A stretch of DNA of 64,000 nucleotides from Candidatus Hydrogenedens sp. (GTDB lineage: Bacteria; Hydrogenedentota; Hydrogenedentia; Hydrogenedentales; Hydrogenedentaceae), in the NCBI GenBank assembly GCA_049968235.1, contig JBMFRC010000015.1, forward strand, positions 1 through 64,000, read 5' to 3'. Positions 18,645-29,658 of the stretch are shown in pieces. The position numbers were made by a program, and so were the translations under genes. Position 1 is the first letter of the stretch. Each line of letters starts with the position of its first letter. Below the pieces are notes generated by a model. It did not search any database, was not told the origin of the DNA, and worked only from the letters and a program-made list of their open reading frames with translations.

Positions 18645-19904
18645 TTACTCCTCATGAATACGCTGTATATCAGCACCAAGACTGGCAAGTCGTTCCTCAA
18701 TTCTTTCATATCCTCTATCTAAATGATAAACACGGGATATAATGGTTTCTCCTTCTTTAGCCATAAGGCCTGCAATAACAAGAGCAGCGCTGGCTCTCAA
18801 ATCAGAAGCCATAACCGGTGCACCATAAAGTTGTTTTACTCCCCGTATAATCGCAGTATTTCCTTCCAAACTAATATCTGCACCCATTCGTATTAGTTCC
18901 GCTGTATGAAGAAACCTATTTTCAAAAACGGTTTCTTTTATAATGCTTGTCCCTTCTACACAAGTAAGAAGAGCCATTGTTTGTGCCTGTAAATCCGTGG
19001 GGAAGCCGGGGTAGGGGAGAGTAGTTATATTTATTGCCTTTAGAGGCTTAACGGGAGATTTAACACGGATAGAATGTGTTCCTAATTGAATATCTGCTCC
19101 CATTTCATTTAGTTTTGTAATAAATGTATGGAGGTGCTCTGGAATTACATTATTTACCTGGACATCGCCATTTGTAGCCAAACCCGCAATAAGAAAGGTT
19201 CCTGCTTCAATTCGGTCAGGAATGACATGATGTTCTGCACCATTTAAGGATTTTGTTCCCTTTATTGTAATAACTTCAGTTCCTGCTCCTTCTATTTTGG
19301 CACCGAGTTTATTGAGGAAATTGGCTAAATCTACTATTTCAGGTTCCTGTGCTGGATTAAATAAACGGGTAATTCCTTTTGCACGAGTTGCAGACATCAT
19401 AAGGTTTTCGGTAGCACCGACACTTGGGAAATCTAAATAGATATCAGCACCTTTTAGTTTTCCCTCTGCAATAACATAACCTTCTTCCAATCGTATAGAT
19501 GCCCCTAATTGTTCTAATCCCTTCAAATGTATATCAACGGGACGAGTTCCAATAGCACAACCTCCGGGTAAGGAAACTCGGGCTTTTCCATATCGGGCTA
19601 ATAAAGGACCTAATATGAAAAAAGAAGCACGCATTTTGCGGACAAGGTCATAAGGTGCTACTGGCGAAATCTTATCAGGGACGGATATTGTCATGTATCG
19701 TCCTGTGAACTCTATCTGGACGCCCATCTGGGTTAATAATTTATCCATCGTAAATACATCGTGCAGGCAGGGAACATTATGAAGAGTACAGGGTGATTCT
19801 GCAAGAATTGATGCTGCCATTAATGGTAATACAGCATTCTTTGCACCATGGATCTGAATTTTGCCTCGTAGTGGATTATTACCGTGAATGATTATTTTAT
19901 CCAT
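18645..19904 (-). CDS. murA: UDP-N-acetylglucosamine 1-carboxyvinyltransferase.
   Basis: The N-terminus MDKIIIHGNNPLRGKIQIHGAKNAVLPLMAASIL is diagnostic of MurA. The protein is 419 aa. Confidence 0.9.
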   Translation of the reverse strand: MDKIIIHGNNPLRGKIQIHGAKNAVLPLMAASILAESPCTLHNVPCLHDVFTMDKLLTQMGVQIEFTGRYMTISVPDKISPVAPYDLVRKMRASFFILGPLLARYGKARVSLPGGCAIGTRPVDIHLKGLEQLGASIRLEEGYVIAEGKLKGADIYLDFPSVGATENLMMSATRAKGITRLFNPAQEPEIVDLANFLNKLGAKIEGAGTEVITIKGTKSLNGAEHHVIPDRIEAGTFLIAGLATNGDVQVNNVIPEHLHTFITKLNEMGADIQLGTHSIRVKSPVKPLKAINITTLPYPGFPTDLQAQTMALLTCVEGTSIIKETVFENRFLHTAELIRMGADISLEGNTAIIRGVKQLYGAPVMASDLRASAALVIAGLMAKEGETIISRVYHLDRGYERIEERLASLGADIQRIHEE

Positions 19905-20015
19905 AGTATTAAAATATTCTTAAAAGTTATAAAAGGAAAAATTTTCAATCTCTATTTTACTAAAATCATTAGCCCTTTTATAATAAATGATAATCGAATA
20001 AAAAATGATAACTTC

Positions 20016-20507
20016 TTAATTAGAGGTAGGTGTTTCAGAAGGGGCTTTTTCTCCTTCAGGGGATTGAGTATTATTTGGAGGAGTTACAGTTGTTTCTATA
20101 GGTGGCGTATTCGCTTTATTGTTATCCACAGTTACGGGAGTTGATGTATTGGGAGTTTTATTATCAAATAAAGCATCTAACTCTTTATTTTGTTGAGTGG
20201 ATATTTCGTTTGTAACTAATTCAGGAGCGGGACCCTTGCCGACTTTTCCCGATATTGTTGAAAGCAGTATAGCAAGAACCATAAAAATACCGGCACTAAT
20301 ATATGTTAGTTTTTGCGGTAAAGTTCGTGCCAATTTGGGGCCAAAAACAGATTCAGAGCCGGGGCTTAATCCAAATGCTCCAGCGAAACCTGCTCCTTTA
20401 CCTTTTTGAAGTAGTACAATAGTGATTAGTGCAACACAACAAGGTAAGTATATAAGTACCAGTAATACCCACCAGAGTGTTGTTAACGAAAAGATAGTTT
20501 CTAACAT
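20016..20507 (-). CDS. secG: Preprotein translocase subunit SecG with an extended Pro/Thr-rich C-terminal tail.
   Basis: The N-terminal TM helix and the LLQKGKGAGFAGAFG motif are present, and there is a second TM. At 163 aa the protein is about 60 aa longer than a typical SecG. Confidence 0.75.
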   Translation of the reverse strand: MLETIFSLTTLWWVLLVLIYLPCCVALITIVLLQKGKGAGFAGAFGLSPGSESVFGPKLARTLPQKLTYISAGIFMVLAILLSTISGKVGKGPAPELVTNEISTQQNKELDALFDNKTPNTSTPVTVDNNKANTPPIETTVTPPNNTQSPEGEKAPSETPTSN

Positions 20508-20540
20508 AGGCTTGTTAAAATATCCTTTTAGGTTTAAAAT

Positions 20541-21296
20541 TTATATACATGCCTTTATTATTTGTGCAAAACTGTCTGCTTTTAAAGAAGCCCCACCTAC
20601 AAGAAATCCATTAACATCAGGTTGGGATATAAGTTCTTTTGCATTTTCAGGTTTTACACTTCCACCATATTGAATGGCAATATTTTCTGCTGTTGGTTTT
20701 CCGAATTCCCGTTCTATAAGTGAGCGTATAAATGCATGGGCTTCCTGTGCTTGTTCTTTTGTAGCATTTTTACCTGTTCCAATAGCCCACACAGGTTCAT
20801 AAGCAATTACAATATTCTTTAACTGGTCTGAAGTCAAATCGCGAAGCCCCTCAATAATTTGTCTTCTTAATACCGATTCAGTCTGATTTTCCTCTCTTTC
20901 TTCAAGGGTTTCCCCAACGCAGAACATAATTTTTAGCCCGGTTTCTACCACATATTTTAATTTCTGATTAAGCAAAGAATCTGTTTCATTAAAATATTGT
21001 CTCCTTTCACTATGACCAATGATAGTCCATTGGCATCCGACATCCAGTAACATCTGTGGGGCTATTTCACCTGTGTAAGCACCGGATTCTTTTAAGTAAC
21101 AATTTTGTCCACCTAATTGTATATTGGTTCCTTTTATAATCTCCGCTACAGGGTAAAGGCTTGTAAAGGGAGGACAAACGATTATATCAACTTGATTTAT
21201 ATTTTCAACTAAAATTTTTAAGTTTTTTACCAGTTCTATGGCTTCATTTACCTTTTTATTCATCTTCCAGTTACCCGCAATAACAGGCTTAATCAT
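20541..21296 (-). CDS. tpiA: Triosephosphate isomerase.
   Basis: The AGNWKMN motif and the IIGHSERR catalytic region are present. tpiA next to secG is classic synteny. Confidence 0.9.
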   Translation of the reverse strand: MIKPVIAGNWKMNKKVNEAIELVKNLKILVENINQVDIIVCPPFTSLYPVAEIIKGTNIQLGGQNCYLKESGAYTGEIAPQMLLDVGCQWTIIGHSERRQYFNETDSLLNQKLKYVVETGLKIMFCVGETLEEREENQTESVLRRQIIEGLRDLTSDQLKNIVIAYEPVWAIGTGKNATKEQAQEAHAFIRSLIEREFGKPTAENIAIQYGGSVKPENAKELISQPDVNGFLVGGASLKADSFAQIIKACI

Positions 21297-21409
21297 GTAG
21301 CAAATTCCTTATAATTTAACTTTTTAGTTTAAACAAAAATAACTTTATCTAAATTTTATCTCGGGAATGGATATATAGAATATCACAAAATAATGTTATA
21401 TATCAAAAC

Positions 21410-24400
21410 CTATTTAGCAGATAAGGTTCTCTGTTTTGAAGATGTTAAGATTTTAATAGAAGAAAAACATTTCATAAGTATATTGGATATATCTTCTGTG
21501 TAGGTGTAGAACAGTGGAACGACTACAAGCGTTAAGATTGTTCCTAAAATTAATCCTCCTACGAGGGCTTTTCCTAAACCTGAAAACATAACTGCACCTC
21601 CTGTTTTTGCGGTAGCTAATGGAACAAGTCCAAGAATAGTGGTTAATGCGGTCATCATCACCGGTCGGAGTCGGTCTTTACTTGCTTCAATGATTATATC
21701 TGTTAATTCTTTATTTTCTTTCTTCCGCAGGAAGTTAATATGGTCAACAATTACGATACCATTATTGACAATGACACCTACCATAAGGACGCAACCGATA
21801 AGAGTAATCATATCCCAATATGAATTTGTGAAGTAGAGTGTCCATGATGACCCGACAAGTGAAAGAGGAACGGTCGTTAAAATGACAAGAGGGAGAAGAA
21901 TGGATTCAAAAGTAGCACACATCACGATGTAAATTAATACGATAGCCATACTCATCGTTATTGCAAAATTAGTTAGATTCGTCTGTATTTCTTCTAACTC
22001 AATACCATAATTAAGGTTATATCCATCAGGTAATTCAAGACGAGATATGATTTCTGTTAAGTCTTTTTTTATACGGGTTAAGTCTTCTGTGTTCGCTTTT
22101 GCCCGAAAGTTAATAACATTCCTCCCATTATATCTTTTGACTACATCTGGTCCTGGTTTCCGTTCATAAGTTACTACTTGATGTAAAGGAATTAATCCTC
22201 CTTTACTGGAAATAACCATTAAATTATCTAAATTAGATTTAGTTTTTCTATCTTCCTCCTTATATTGAAGCCATACAGGTATTTCGCGTGTTCCCTCTTT
22301 TAAGTAGGGAAGTTGGGCTCCTCTCAATGCGGTATCAATGGTTTGGGCTATTGTAAAGGGATTAACTCCCTGTTCGTCTATTTGCCATTCGTTCATAGAT
22401 ACACGCATCTCCTGTTTTTTTTGTTCAACATCCATTGTTATATCTGTAAAGATGGGATTCTCTTGCAGTATGGATTTTATCCTTTGTGCTTGTTCATAAA
22501 GAATAGTATTATCTTTGCCTGTTAACCGTAAGGTTACTTCTCGTGATGTTCCAGATTCACCGGTATCTGCAATAGAGAATTCTAATTTTCCACCAGGAAT
22601 TTGAGAAGGTAAAGTATTTTTTACAATAGTCAAAGCCTCTTCTGTAGTACAAGGAGGATTTTCGCCAATTTCACCATCATCTTCTGTGTATAAATAAACA
22701 TGAATTTCTCCTCCATTATCTCCATGAAAAAGAAGAATATTTTTTATAGCAATGGCATCTCTAAGGGATTCCAATTTTTGTGAAAGTTGGTCAAATAAAT
22801 CTCTTACGCGGTTTGACTCAAAATTCTGGTCGAGAGTTACTTTTATATCTACTTCGCGTGTGTCTAATTTAATCAGGTCTTTCATACCTACGGATTTTAC
22901 AGGAATTAAATATGAGACTATTAAGAAGATAGATAAGCCAATAAGGAAAGATAATCTGTTTTTGAGAGACCATCTCAAACAAAGTTCTAATAAAAAGTAA
23001 ATTTTCTCTAATATTTTGAAACTTCCCGCTTTATCCCGGACAAAAATTAATATTTTACTTAGTGATATGAATATTTTGTTCTGCGAAATAATTTTATTTG
23101 AGGGGAATCCAAAATTTAATATCAGTGGAACAATAGTAAGAGCAATGACTAAACTTCCCAATAAAGCAACAATTAAAGGACCGCCTAATTGTTGCATAAA
23201 AATTGACATTCGTCCCGCTTCCAGATAATACATAGGCAGAAATACAACAATGGTTGTTAGTGTTGATGCCGAAATGGCTACTCCTACTTCAGATGCCCCC
23301 CGAGTAGAACTTGTCGTTTTATCATAACCTAACTGCTGATAACGGATGATATTTTCAACAACAACAATAGCATTGTCTACTAACATACCTACTGAAATAA
23401 TAAGGGATGCCATTGTTATTATATTGAGGGACATATCTGCAAAATACATAAAAATGATACCAATCATTAAAGAAGAGGGTATAGCAAAAGCAACAATAGT
23501 GGTAGGAATTATGCGATGTAAAAACAATAAAAGGACAATAAAAGCCATTATTCCACCATAAATCCCCTCTCCGAAAAGATTATTAAGTGCACGATTTATT
23601 AAGTCCGATTGGTCAAAAAATATTTTTGTTGAACTTCCGGAAAATGCATCTTCGGTTAGAATGTTATCCAGTTCTCTTTTAATACGGTCACAAACTGCTA
23701 CTGCATTCGCTTCCGATTCTTTTATCACTAATAGGACAACACCTCCTTTGCCATCCAGAGCTACCCGTTGAGACTTTTCACGAGAGCCAAATTGGACTGT
23801 AGCAATATCTTTCAATCGCATTCCATCTCTATTGATTACAAGATTTTCGATTTCTGAGAGGTTTCGGTACTCACCTGATAAACGAGCAAAGTATTTTCTA
23901 TTATTTTGAGTTACAGAACCGAGGGATATGTTTATAGATGAGGAACGAAGTGTATTAAGGAGAGAAACTATAGGGATGTTAAGGCTATTCAGTCGGTCTT
24001 GAGAAACCTCAATAAGTACTTCTTTTTCAGGAATGGGTGAGATTATTTGTATATCTGCAACTCCATCTAACCTTCTAAGACGGGGAATGAGAGATGTCCT
24101 GACCAGATACACATAATTTTCTTCATCGCCCGATTTAAAAAGACCAACTGCAAAGACAGGAATAGAACCTGAACTAAATCGTTGTATAATGATTCGTTGA
24201 ACTTCTTCCGGTAAAGTCATCTTTAATCGTTCTATACGGTCACGCACTTCTGCTGTTGCAAAAGTCATATCAGTATCAAGATTAAACCACATATTCACAG
24301 TACAACCATTGGAAGAACTGGTAGTTGCGATACTTCTTAACCCGGGGATAGTTCGAAATTCACCTTCTACGGGGATGGCTATTTGCTGTTCGACCTGTTC

Positions 24401-24574
24401 CGGCGAACCTCCGGGATATGGGATAAAACAACCTATGAAAGGACGGTCTACTTTAGGAAGGAATTTTAAAGGAATACGATACCACGAGATAACCCCTAAT
24501 ACCAGGATTGATATAGAAATCATAATCATAGTAATAGGTCGGTTAATGGCTAATTTGGGTAACGACCAATTCAT
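21410..24574 (-). CDS. RND efflux permease (HAE1/AcrB-MdtC family).
   Basis: The protein is 1054 aa with 12-TM architecture and two large periplasmic loops. The start codon directly abuts the stop codon of the upstream RND gene. Confidence 0.85.
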   Translation of the reverse strand: MNWSLPKLAINRPITMIMISISILVLGVISWYRIPLKFLPKVDRPFIGCFIPYPGGSPEQVEQQIAIPVEGEFRTIPGLRSIATTSSSNGCTVNMWFNLDTDMTFATAEVRDRIERLKMTLPEEVQRIIIQRFSSGSIPVFAVGLFKSGDEENYVYLVRTSLIPRLRRLDGVADIQIISPIPEKEVLIEVSQDRLNSLNIPIVSLLNTLRSSSINISLGSVTQNNRKYFARLSGEYRNLSEIENLVINRDGMRLKDIATVQFGSREKSQRVALDGKGGVVLLVIKESEANAVAVCDRIKRELDNILTEDAFSGSSTKIFFDQSDLINRALNNLFGEGIYGGIMAFIVLLLFLHRIIPTTIVAFAIPSSLMIGIIFMYFADMSLNIITMASLIISVGMLVDNAIVVVENIIRYQQLGYDKTTSSTRGASEVGVAISASTLTTIVVFLPMYYLEAGRMSIFMQQLGGPLIVALLGSLVIALTIVPLILNFGFPSNKIISQNKIFISLSKILIFVRDKAGSFKILEKIYFLLELCLRWSLKNRLSFLIGLSIFLIVSYLIPVKSVGMKDLIKLDTREVDIKVTLDQNFESNRVRDLFDQLSQKLESLRDAIAIKNILLFHGDNGGEIHVYLYTEDDGEIGENPPCTTEEALTIVKNTLPSQIPGGKLEFSIADTGESGTSREVTLRLTGKDNTILYEQAQRIKSILQENPIFTDITMDVEQKKQEMRVSMNEWQIDEQGVNPFTIAQTIDTALRGAQLPYLKEGTREIPVWLQYKEEDRKTKSNLDNLMVISSKGGLIPLHQVVTYERKPGPDVVKRYNGRNVINFRAKANTEDLTRIKKDLTEIISRLELPDGYNLNYGIELEEIQTNLTNFAITMSMAIVLIYIVMCATFESILLPLVILTTVPLSLVGSSWTLYFTNSYWDMITLIGCVLMVGVIVNNGIVIVDHINFLRKKENKELTDIIIEASKDRLRPVMMTALTTILGLVPLATAKTGGAVMFSGLGKALVGGLILGTILTLVVVPLFYTYTEDISNILMKCFSSIKILTSSKQRTLSAK

Positions 24575-27500
24575 TTATTTTCTTCCCCTGTGGAACATAC
24601 TCGAAAACATATAATTTGCCATAGGGATTATCCAGAGTGTTAGAAGAGTACTCGAAGAAAGTCCTGCCATAACAGTTAATGCCAGAGGTTGTCTTAATTC
24701 AGAACCTTCACCATGTGATAATAACATGGGCAGTAAACCGAGAACCGTTGTTAATGTTGTCATCAATATAGGTCTGAGACGAACCACCGCTGCCTGTACG
24801 ATAGCATCATGTGTAGAAAGCCCTCTTGAAACAAGTTGGTTGGTATAGTCAATTAGAACAATAGCATTGTTTACTACTATTCCTGCAAGAACTATAGAAC
24901 CTAAAAAAACCATTACATTTAAATTTGTATTTGTCCAGAATAGCACCAAGACAACACCAATAAAGGCAAGTGGAACAGAAAACATAATCAAGATAGGCAA
25001 CCAGATAGATTCAAATTGACATGCCATAACTACATAAACAAGAAAAACAGCTAACAATAATGCGAAACGTAAACTTTGATAGGAAGTTGATAGTTCACGA
25101 TTTTGACCACCAAGTGTAATAAAGAATTCGCGTGGTTTTTCTACTTCTCGTAATGATTCTAAAACTTCATTAGATACACTGGCTAAATCCCTTCCCTCAA
25201 TATTTGCTGTAATCAGGGCGACTCTTTTTTGCCCTATTCTTCGAATATCACTGGGTCCTGTATCCTCTATAATTCGGGCTACATCACAAAGACGAATGGG
25301 TGTTGTTCCTTCTACTATGGATAACTGCTTTAAGTCTTCTATGCTTTGTAAATAGGTTTGGTCTGTACGTACACGAATATCTATCTTGTCTCCTCCCCGA
25401 TTGAATTTGGTGGCAATTTCCCCTTGGATTTCTCTTCTTAATTTATTTGCTACTTCCATTGGAGTTAGCCCTTTTTCAGCAAGAAGTTCTCTATCCAACT
25501 GAATAAGTAGTTCAGGATACCCCGACTGTATAGAAATATCAGCATCTTTTATCCCCTTTATAACTTTTACTTTTTGAAGACATTTTCCGCCAACACTTTT
25601 TAATATGTTCAAATCATCACCAAAAATTTGGACTTCTAAATCGTTTTTCATTGTAAAGAGTGTAGGTAACGAAAAAACTATAGATTCCTCTGGAAGGGGT
25701 ACTATAGAAGAACGAATTTCATCAATAATTTTGTCTTGTATCCTTGCTGTTTGATTTCGATTTTTCAACAAAACAGTAAATGATGCTTTGTTTTCATTTT
25801 TCCCTTTACTTTCCGATTTGGAACTTTCAGTTCCCACCTGTAATGTAACTCGTTCAACTAAGGGATGCTCTTTAAGTACTTTTTCGATTCTTGATGCTTT
25901 TTGTAAAGTCTGTTCTAATTTAGTTCCTGCACGCGTTTCAAAAAGAATATTAAATTCCCCCTGTTTCATTGCAGGGATAACTTCCTGTCCAAGGGTGGGT
26001 AGTATCTTTAATGTGTAAATAAAAAGGACTACAGCAAGAAGTATGAAAATAGGTGAAAATTTCAAACTATAAGAAAGTGAAATTCTATAAAAATATTGAA
26101 AACTTTCAAATCCGATATGAAAGATTTGGAGGGGTATATAAAGTGTCCAATGGATAACTTTCTTCAAAATAAAAAACAGTATAAGTATGATGACAAAAAT
26201 AGGGAGAGAGAAAAGAATTGAGAAGAAGATGATGGGATAAAGAATAAAATTTAATATCAACCATGAAGTAAGTTTTAACAAAAGATTAAAAGGAAAGAAA
26301 ACAATTCTAATTATATCTTTGATTGTAGATTGTGAAAGTCTAAATTTGAATATATCAAGAAAATGTTTTTTAGATTTTCTAAAATGTCTTTTTATTATGA
26401 AGATTAAAGCATATAAAAACGAAGATATTGTCTTTTTCTGCTTTACATTTTTATAAAATAGAAATGTACGCACAGGATGGAAAATATATTGAGTATTTTC
26501 GGATATAAAGTGTGTTTTTGATACAACCAGTGGATTAAAGAATAAAGCAACAAACAATGAAGCAAGGAGTGAAAAGGTAACAGTTAATGCAAGGTCCCCA
26601 AAAATTTGTCCTGCTATCCCTTCTACAAAAGCCACCGGGAAAAATACCGCTACAGTCGTTAGTGTTGAAGCGATTACAGCAGAACTTACTTCTGATGTCC
26701 CGCGAATGGCAGAATCGACGACAGAATCTCCCTCTTCTCTACATCGAGCAATGCTTTCTAATACTACGATAGAATTATCCACTAACATACCGATACCTAA
26801 TGCAAGTCCTCCCAATGACATAATATTAAGAGAAATATCTCTCATGAACATGGGTATAAAAACGGTAATAATAGAAATAGGAATGGCAAAACCTATTGTA
26901 AGAGTACTTCGTAATTCACGAAGGAAAAGATAGAGAATGAGTAATGCTAATATACCTCCATTAATAGCAGAATTTTGAACTTCCTGTATAGAACTGATAA
27001 TAAACTGTGACTGGTCGCTAATGATATGAATTTTTGCATCAGCGGGGAGTGAACTAAGCAAATTCTTTTTCTTAAACAATTCTTTCCGTGATTTTGGGTC
27101 CTCAAGAGTATGTTGGCCATCAGCATCTTTAGCAACAGGTTGAAGTCCAAAGGACATCTGCTCATCTATTAATTCAGATAAACTTTTCTTCCTTTCAATT
27201 CCTAACAAATCTTTTATAAGATTACAAACTGTAACTGTATTTGAATCCCCTTCTTTGTAAATCTCTATTTCTATAGCATCTTCACCATTAATTCGGATAA
27301 TTGTATCTCTTTCTTTATTTCCCCACCGGACAGTAGCAACATCTTTTAATTTAATAGGAACTGATTTTTTCTGCACATTAGATATACTTTGAGAAGAAGT
27401 TGATAACGATTTTATGGGTAAATTGGATATCGGATTGGAATCCAGAGTAGGTATGCCAATAGATGAGGAAATAATTACATTTTTAATATCTTCAATATCC

Positions 27501-28255
27501 TTAAATTCTTTAAGGGTCCGCACAATATATTCCGTTTTCCCTTCAACTAATTTTCCCCCCGCAACATTAATATTCTGACTTGCCAGACTTTGAGTAATAT
27601 CATCTAATGACAATCCTAATGATTTAAGCATTTTGCTATCTACCAGAATTTGTATCTCTTCTTCCTGCCCTCCTTTTACTACAACCTGTGCAATCCCTGT
27701 TTCTGCCTCCAAATCACTTTTGAGTTTTCTTTGGACAGATTCGCGAAGTGTTGTTAAATATTCATTTTTTTCCTCTGAATCTAAATTATTTGGCGGAGTA
27801 ATTCCTACACGAATTACAGGGTCTAAATTTGGATTAAATCTTAGAATAACAGGTTTTTTAGTTACCTCTTTGGGTGGTTCAAATAAGTCCAATCGGTCAC
27901 GCACATCTTGTTGGGCAACATTCATATCTGTGTTCCAGAGGAATTCCAGAGTTATTTCAGAAAGTCCGACAGATGAAACACTACTAATTTCAACAAGTCC
28001 ACTAACAATACTTAACATTTCTTCAAGAGGACGAGTAACCAACTTTTCTACATCTTCGGGTGCTGCTCCCTCAAATTCTGTTTGTATGGTCAGAGAAGGA
28101 TATGAGATTTCAGGCATCAGATTAATAGGGAGTTTTTGATAAGAACGCCAACCGAAAACAATAATAGTAGTGAATATCATTAATGTTGTTACGGGACGGT
28201 ATATGGGAAAAGATATTAAGGACGATGTCGTTTGTTTTATTGGTTGTTCGCTCAC
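24575..28255 (-). CDS. RND efflux permease (AcrB/MdtB-like) with an atypical ~150-aa hydrophobic insertion between TM6 and TM7.
   Basis: The protein is 1226 aa and carries RND TM2-6 and TM8-12 blocks. There are extra hydrophobic segments after TM6 (...IVFFPFNLLLKLTSWLILNFILYPIIFFSILFSLPIFVIILILFFILKKV...). Confidence 0.8.
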   Translation of the reverse strand: MSEQPIKQTTSSLISFPIYRPVTTLMIFTTIIVFGWRSYQKLPINLMPEISYPSLTIQTEFEGAAPEDVEKLVTRPLEEMLSIVSGLVEISSVSSVGLSEITLEFLWNTDMNVAQQDVRDRLDLFEPPKEVTKKPVILRFNPNLDPVIRVGITPPNNLDSEEKNEYLTTLRESVQRKLKSDLEAETGIAQVVVKGGQEEEIQILVDSKMLKSLGLSLDDITQSLASQNINVAGGKLVEGKTEYIVRTLKEFKDIEDIKNVIISSSIGIPTLDSNPISNLPIKSLSTSSQSISNVQKKSVPIKLKDVATVRWGNKERDTIIRINGEDAIEIEIYKEGDSNTVTVCNLIKDLLGIERKKSLSELIDEQMSFGLQPVAKDADGQHTLEDPKSRKELFKKKNLLSSLPADAKIHIISDQSQFIISSIQEVQNSAINGGILALLILYLFLRELRSTLTIGFAIPISIITVFIPMFMRDISLNIMSLGGLALGIGMLVDNSIVVLESIARCREEGDSVVDSAIRGTSEVSSAVIASTLTTVAVFFPVAFVEGIAGQIFGDLALTVTFSLLASLFVALFFNPLVVSKTHFISENTQYIFHPVRTFLFYKNVKQKKTISSFLYALIFIIKRHFRKSKKHFLDIFKFRLSQSTIKDIIRIVFFPFNLLLKLTSWLILNFILYPIIFFSILFSLPIFVIILILFFILKKVIHWTLYIPLQIFHIGFESFQYFYRISLSYSLKFSPIFILLAVVLFIYTLKILPTLGQEVIPAMKQGEFNILFETRAGTKLEQTLQKASRIEKVLKEHPLVERVTLQVGTESSKSESKGKNENKASFTVLLKNRNQTARIQDKIIDEIRSSIVPLPEESIVFSLPTLFTMKNDLEVQIFGDDLNILKSVGGKCLQKVKVIKGIKDADISIQSGYPELLIQLDRELLAEKGLTPMEVANKLRREIQGEIATKFNRGGDKIDIRVRTDQTYLQSIEDLKQLSIVEGTTPIRLCDVARIIEDTGPSDIRRIGQKRVALITANIEGRDLASVSNEVLESLREVEKPREFFITLGGQNRELSTSYQSLRFALLLAVFLVYVVMACQFESIWLPILIMFSVPLAFIGVVLVLFWTNTNLNVMVFLGSIVLAGIVVNNAIVLIDYTNQLVSRGLSTHDAIVQAAVVRLRPILMTTLTTVLGLLPMLLSHGEGSELRQPLALTVMAGLSSSTLLTLWIIPMANYMFSSMFHRGRK

Positions 28256-28324
28256 GATTTCTCCCTACGGCTTTATTTAATGGATTTTACTTTTCTGAAA
28301 GGTAGAAATTTACATATAAGAAAT

Positions 28325-29500
28325 TCATGTATTTGATGTATTATTATCCGAATTCAGTATTTTTTCTAGTGATGTTACTTCAACAATAGAACCCGGCTTT
28401 AAATTCATTTGCCCTAAGGTAATTACAAGAGTATGTTCATCAATACCTTTTAATACTTCATAATAAGAACTATCTTCAAGACCGACCTGAATTTCTACTT
28501 TCTGTGCAGTAAATTGTATTGATTTGTTTTTAATTTCATTATAATCAAGTTTCTTTATATCTTCCGTATCTTTTGTTTGTGCCGTAAAAATATACTTTTT
28601 CCCACTTTCTTCTAAAACAGCATCTTTGGGTATAACAATTACCTGGGGGTGCACTTCCATGACCAGTTTTACTCTTGCAAATGCAGAATCTTTAATGCAG
28701 GTATTTTTGTCATTTTCAAGAAACTGCAGAGTCGTTTTTATTGTCCCGGATGAAGGGTCGATCGTAGGACTAATTCGGAATACAGTTGCGATAAAGTTTT
28801 CGGAAGGACAGGAATCAACTATAACTTCTGCTTTTTGATTTATATACACTCTGGAAATTTCGCGTTCAGGAATGTTTATTGGTAATACATAAGAATCCGG
28901 GTCCACAATAGAGAATACAGGCATGCCTGTACTTACCAGAACACCTTTCTGTATATTTTTTCGTGTGATTATTCCACTGATAGGTGCAGTTATGGTTTGA
29001 TTTTTTAATTGTAATTGTTGAATTTTAAGGGTGGCTTCCGCAGCGTCTAATGCAAAACGTGCATTATCTCTTTCTACTTTTGAACCAATACCTTCTTTCA
29101 AACTGTTTTCTGCAATTATAAGCGCAGATTTACATTTTTCAATATTTACCCTCGTTTGTAAAATTTGAGTTTCAACTTCTGATGTATCCAGTTTCGCTAA
29201 AATTTGTCCCTCTTTTGCATAATCTCCTTCTTCAACAAATATCTCTTCACAAATTCCCATCCCTTTAGATATTACATCTACTTTTTTTTCCGCCGTAATT
29301 CTTGTAGTAGTTTCAAAATATTTACTTATATCCTTTTTACTAGGGAATACTGCTTCAACGGGAGATGCCATTGGTTTGGTTGTATTTATTTGTGCATCAT
29401 CGTTCGCATCCACTTTTTTATTCAGTGAACAACTATGAATAAATAGCGTTCCTATAACTATTACGAACAATATCCCGAAATTATACAATCTTGTTTTCAT
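28325..29500 (-). CDS. RND efflux periplasmic adaptor (membrane fusion protein, HlyD/AcrA family).
   Basis: The protein has a lipoprotein-type N-terminus (LFIHSC) and coiled-coil, lipoyl and beta-barrel segments. It is 391 aa and lies directly upstream of the two RND permeases. Confidence 0.75.
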   Translation of the reverse strand: MKTRLYNFGILFVIVIGTLFIHSCSLNKKVDANDDAQINTTKPMASPVEAVFPSKKDISKYFETTTRITAEKKVDVISKGMGICEEIFVEEGDYAKEGQILAKLDTSEVETQILQTRVNIEKCKSALIIAENSLKEGIGSKVERDNARFALDAAEATLKIQQLQLKNQTITAPISGIITRKNIQKGVLVSTGMPVFSIVDPDSYVLPINIPEREISRVYINQKAEVIVDSCPSENFIATVFRISPTIDPSSGTIKTTLQFLENDKNTCIKDSAFARVKLVMEVHPQVIVIPKDAVLEESGKKYIFTAQTKDTEDIKKLDYNEIKNKSIQFTAQKVEIQVGLEDSSYYEVLKGIDEHTLVITLGQMNLKPGSIVEVTSLEKILNSDNNTSNT

Positions 29501-29658
29501 AATAACTTTCTATTTCATTTATATTATAAAAGAATCTTTTAGTTAACAAAAAGTTAAAGTACATTTATATTATATTACTAATTTGACCAATTTTTATTAC
29601 ATTTTGTAACACTTTTTTGCAATTATTTTTGAAAATTCAATTTTACAAAAATAAAAAC

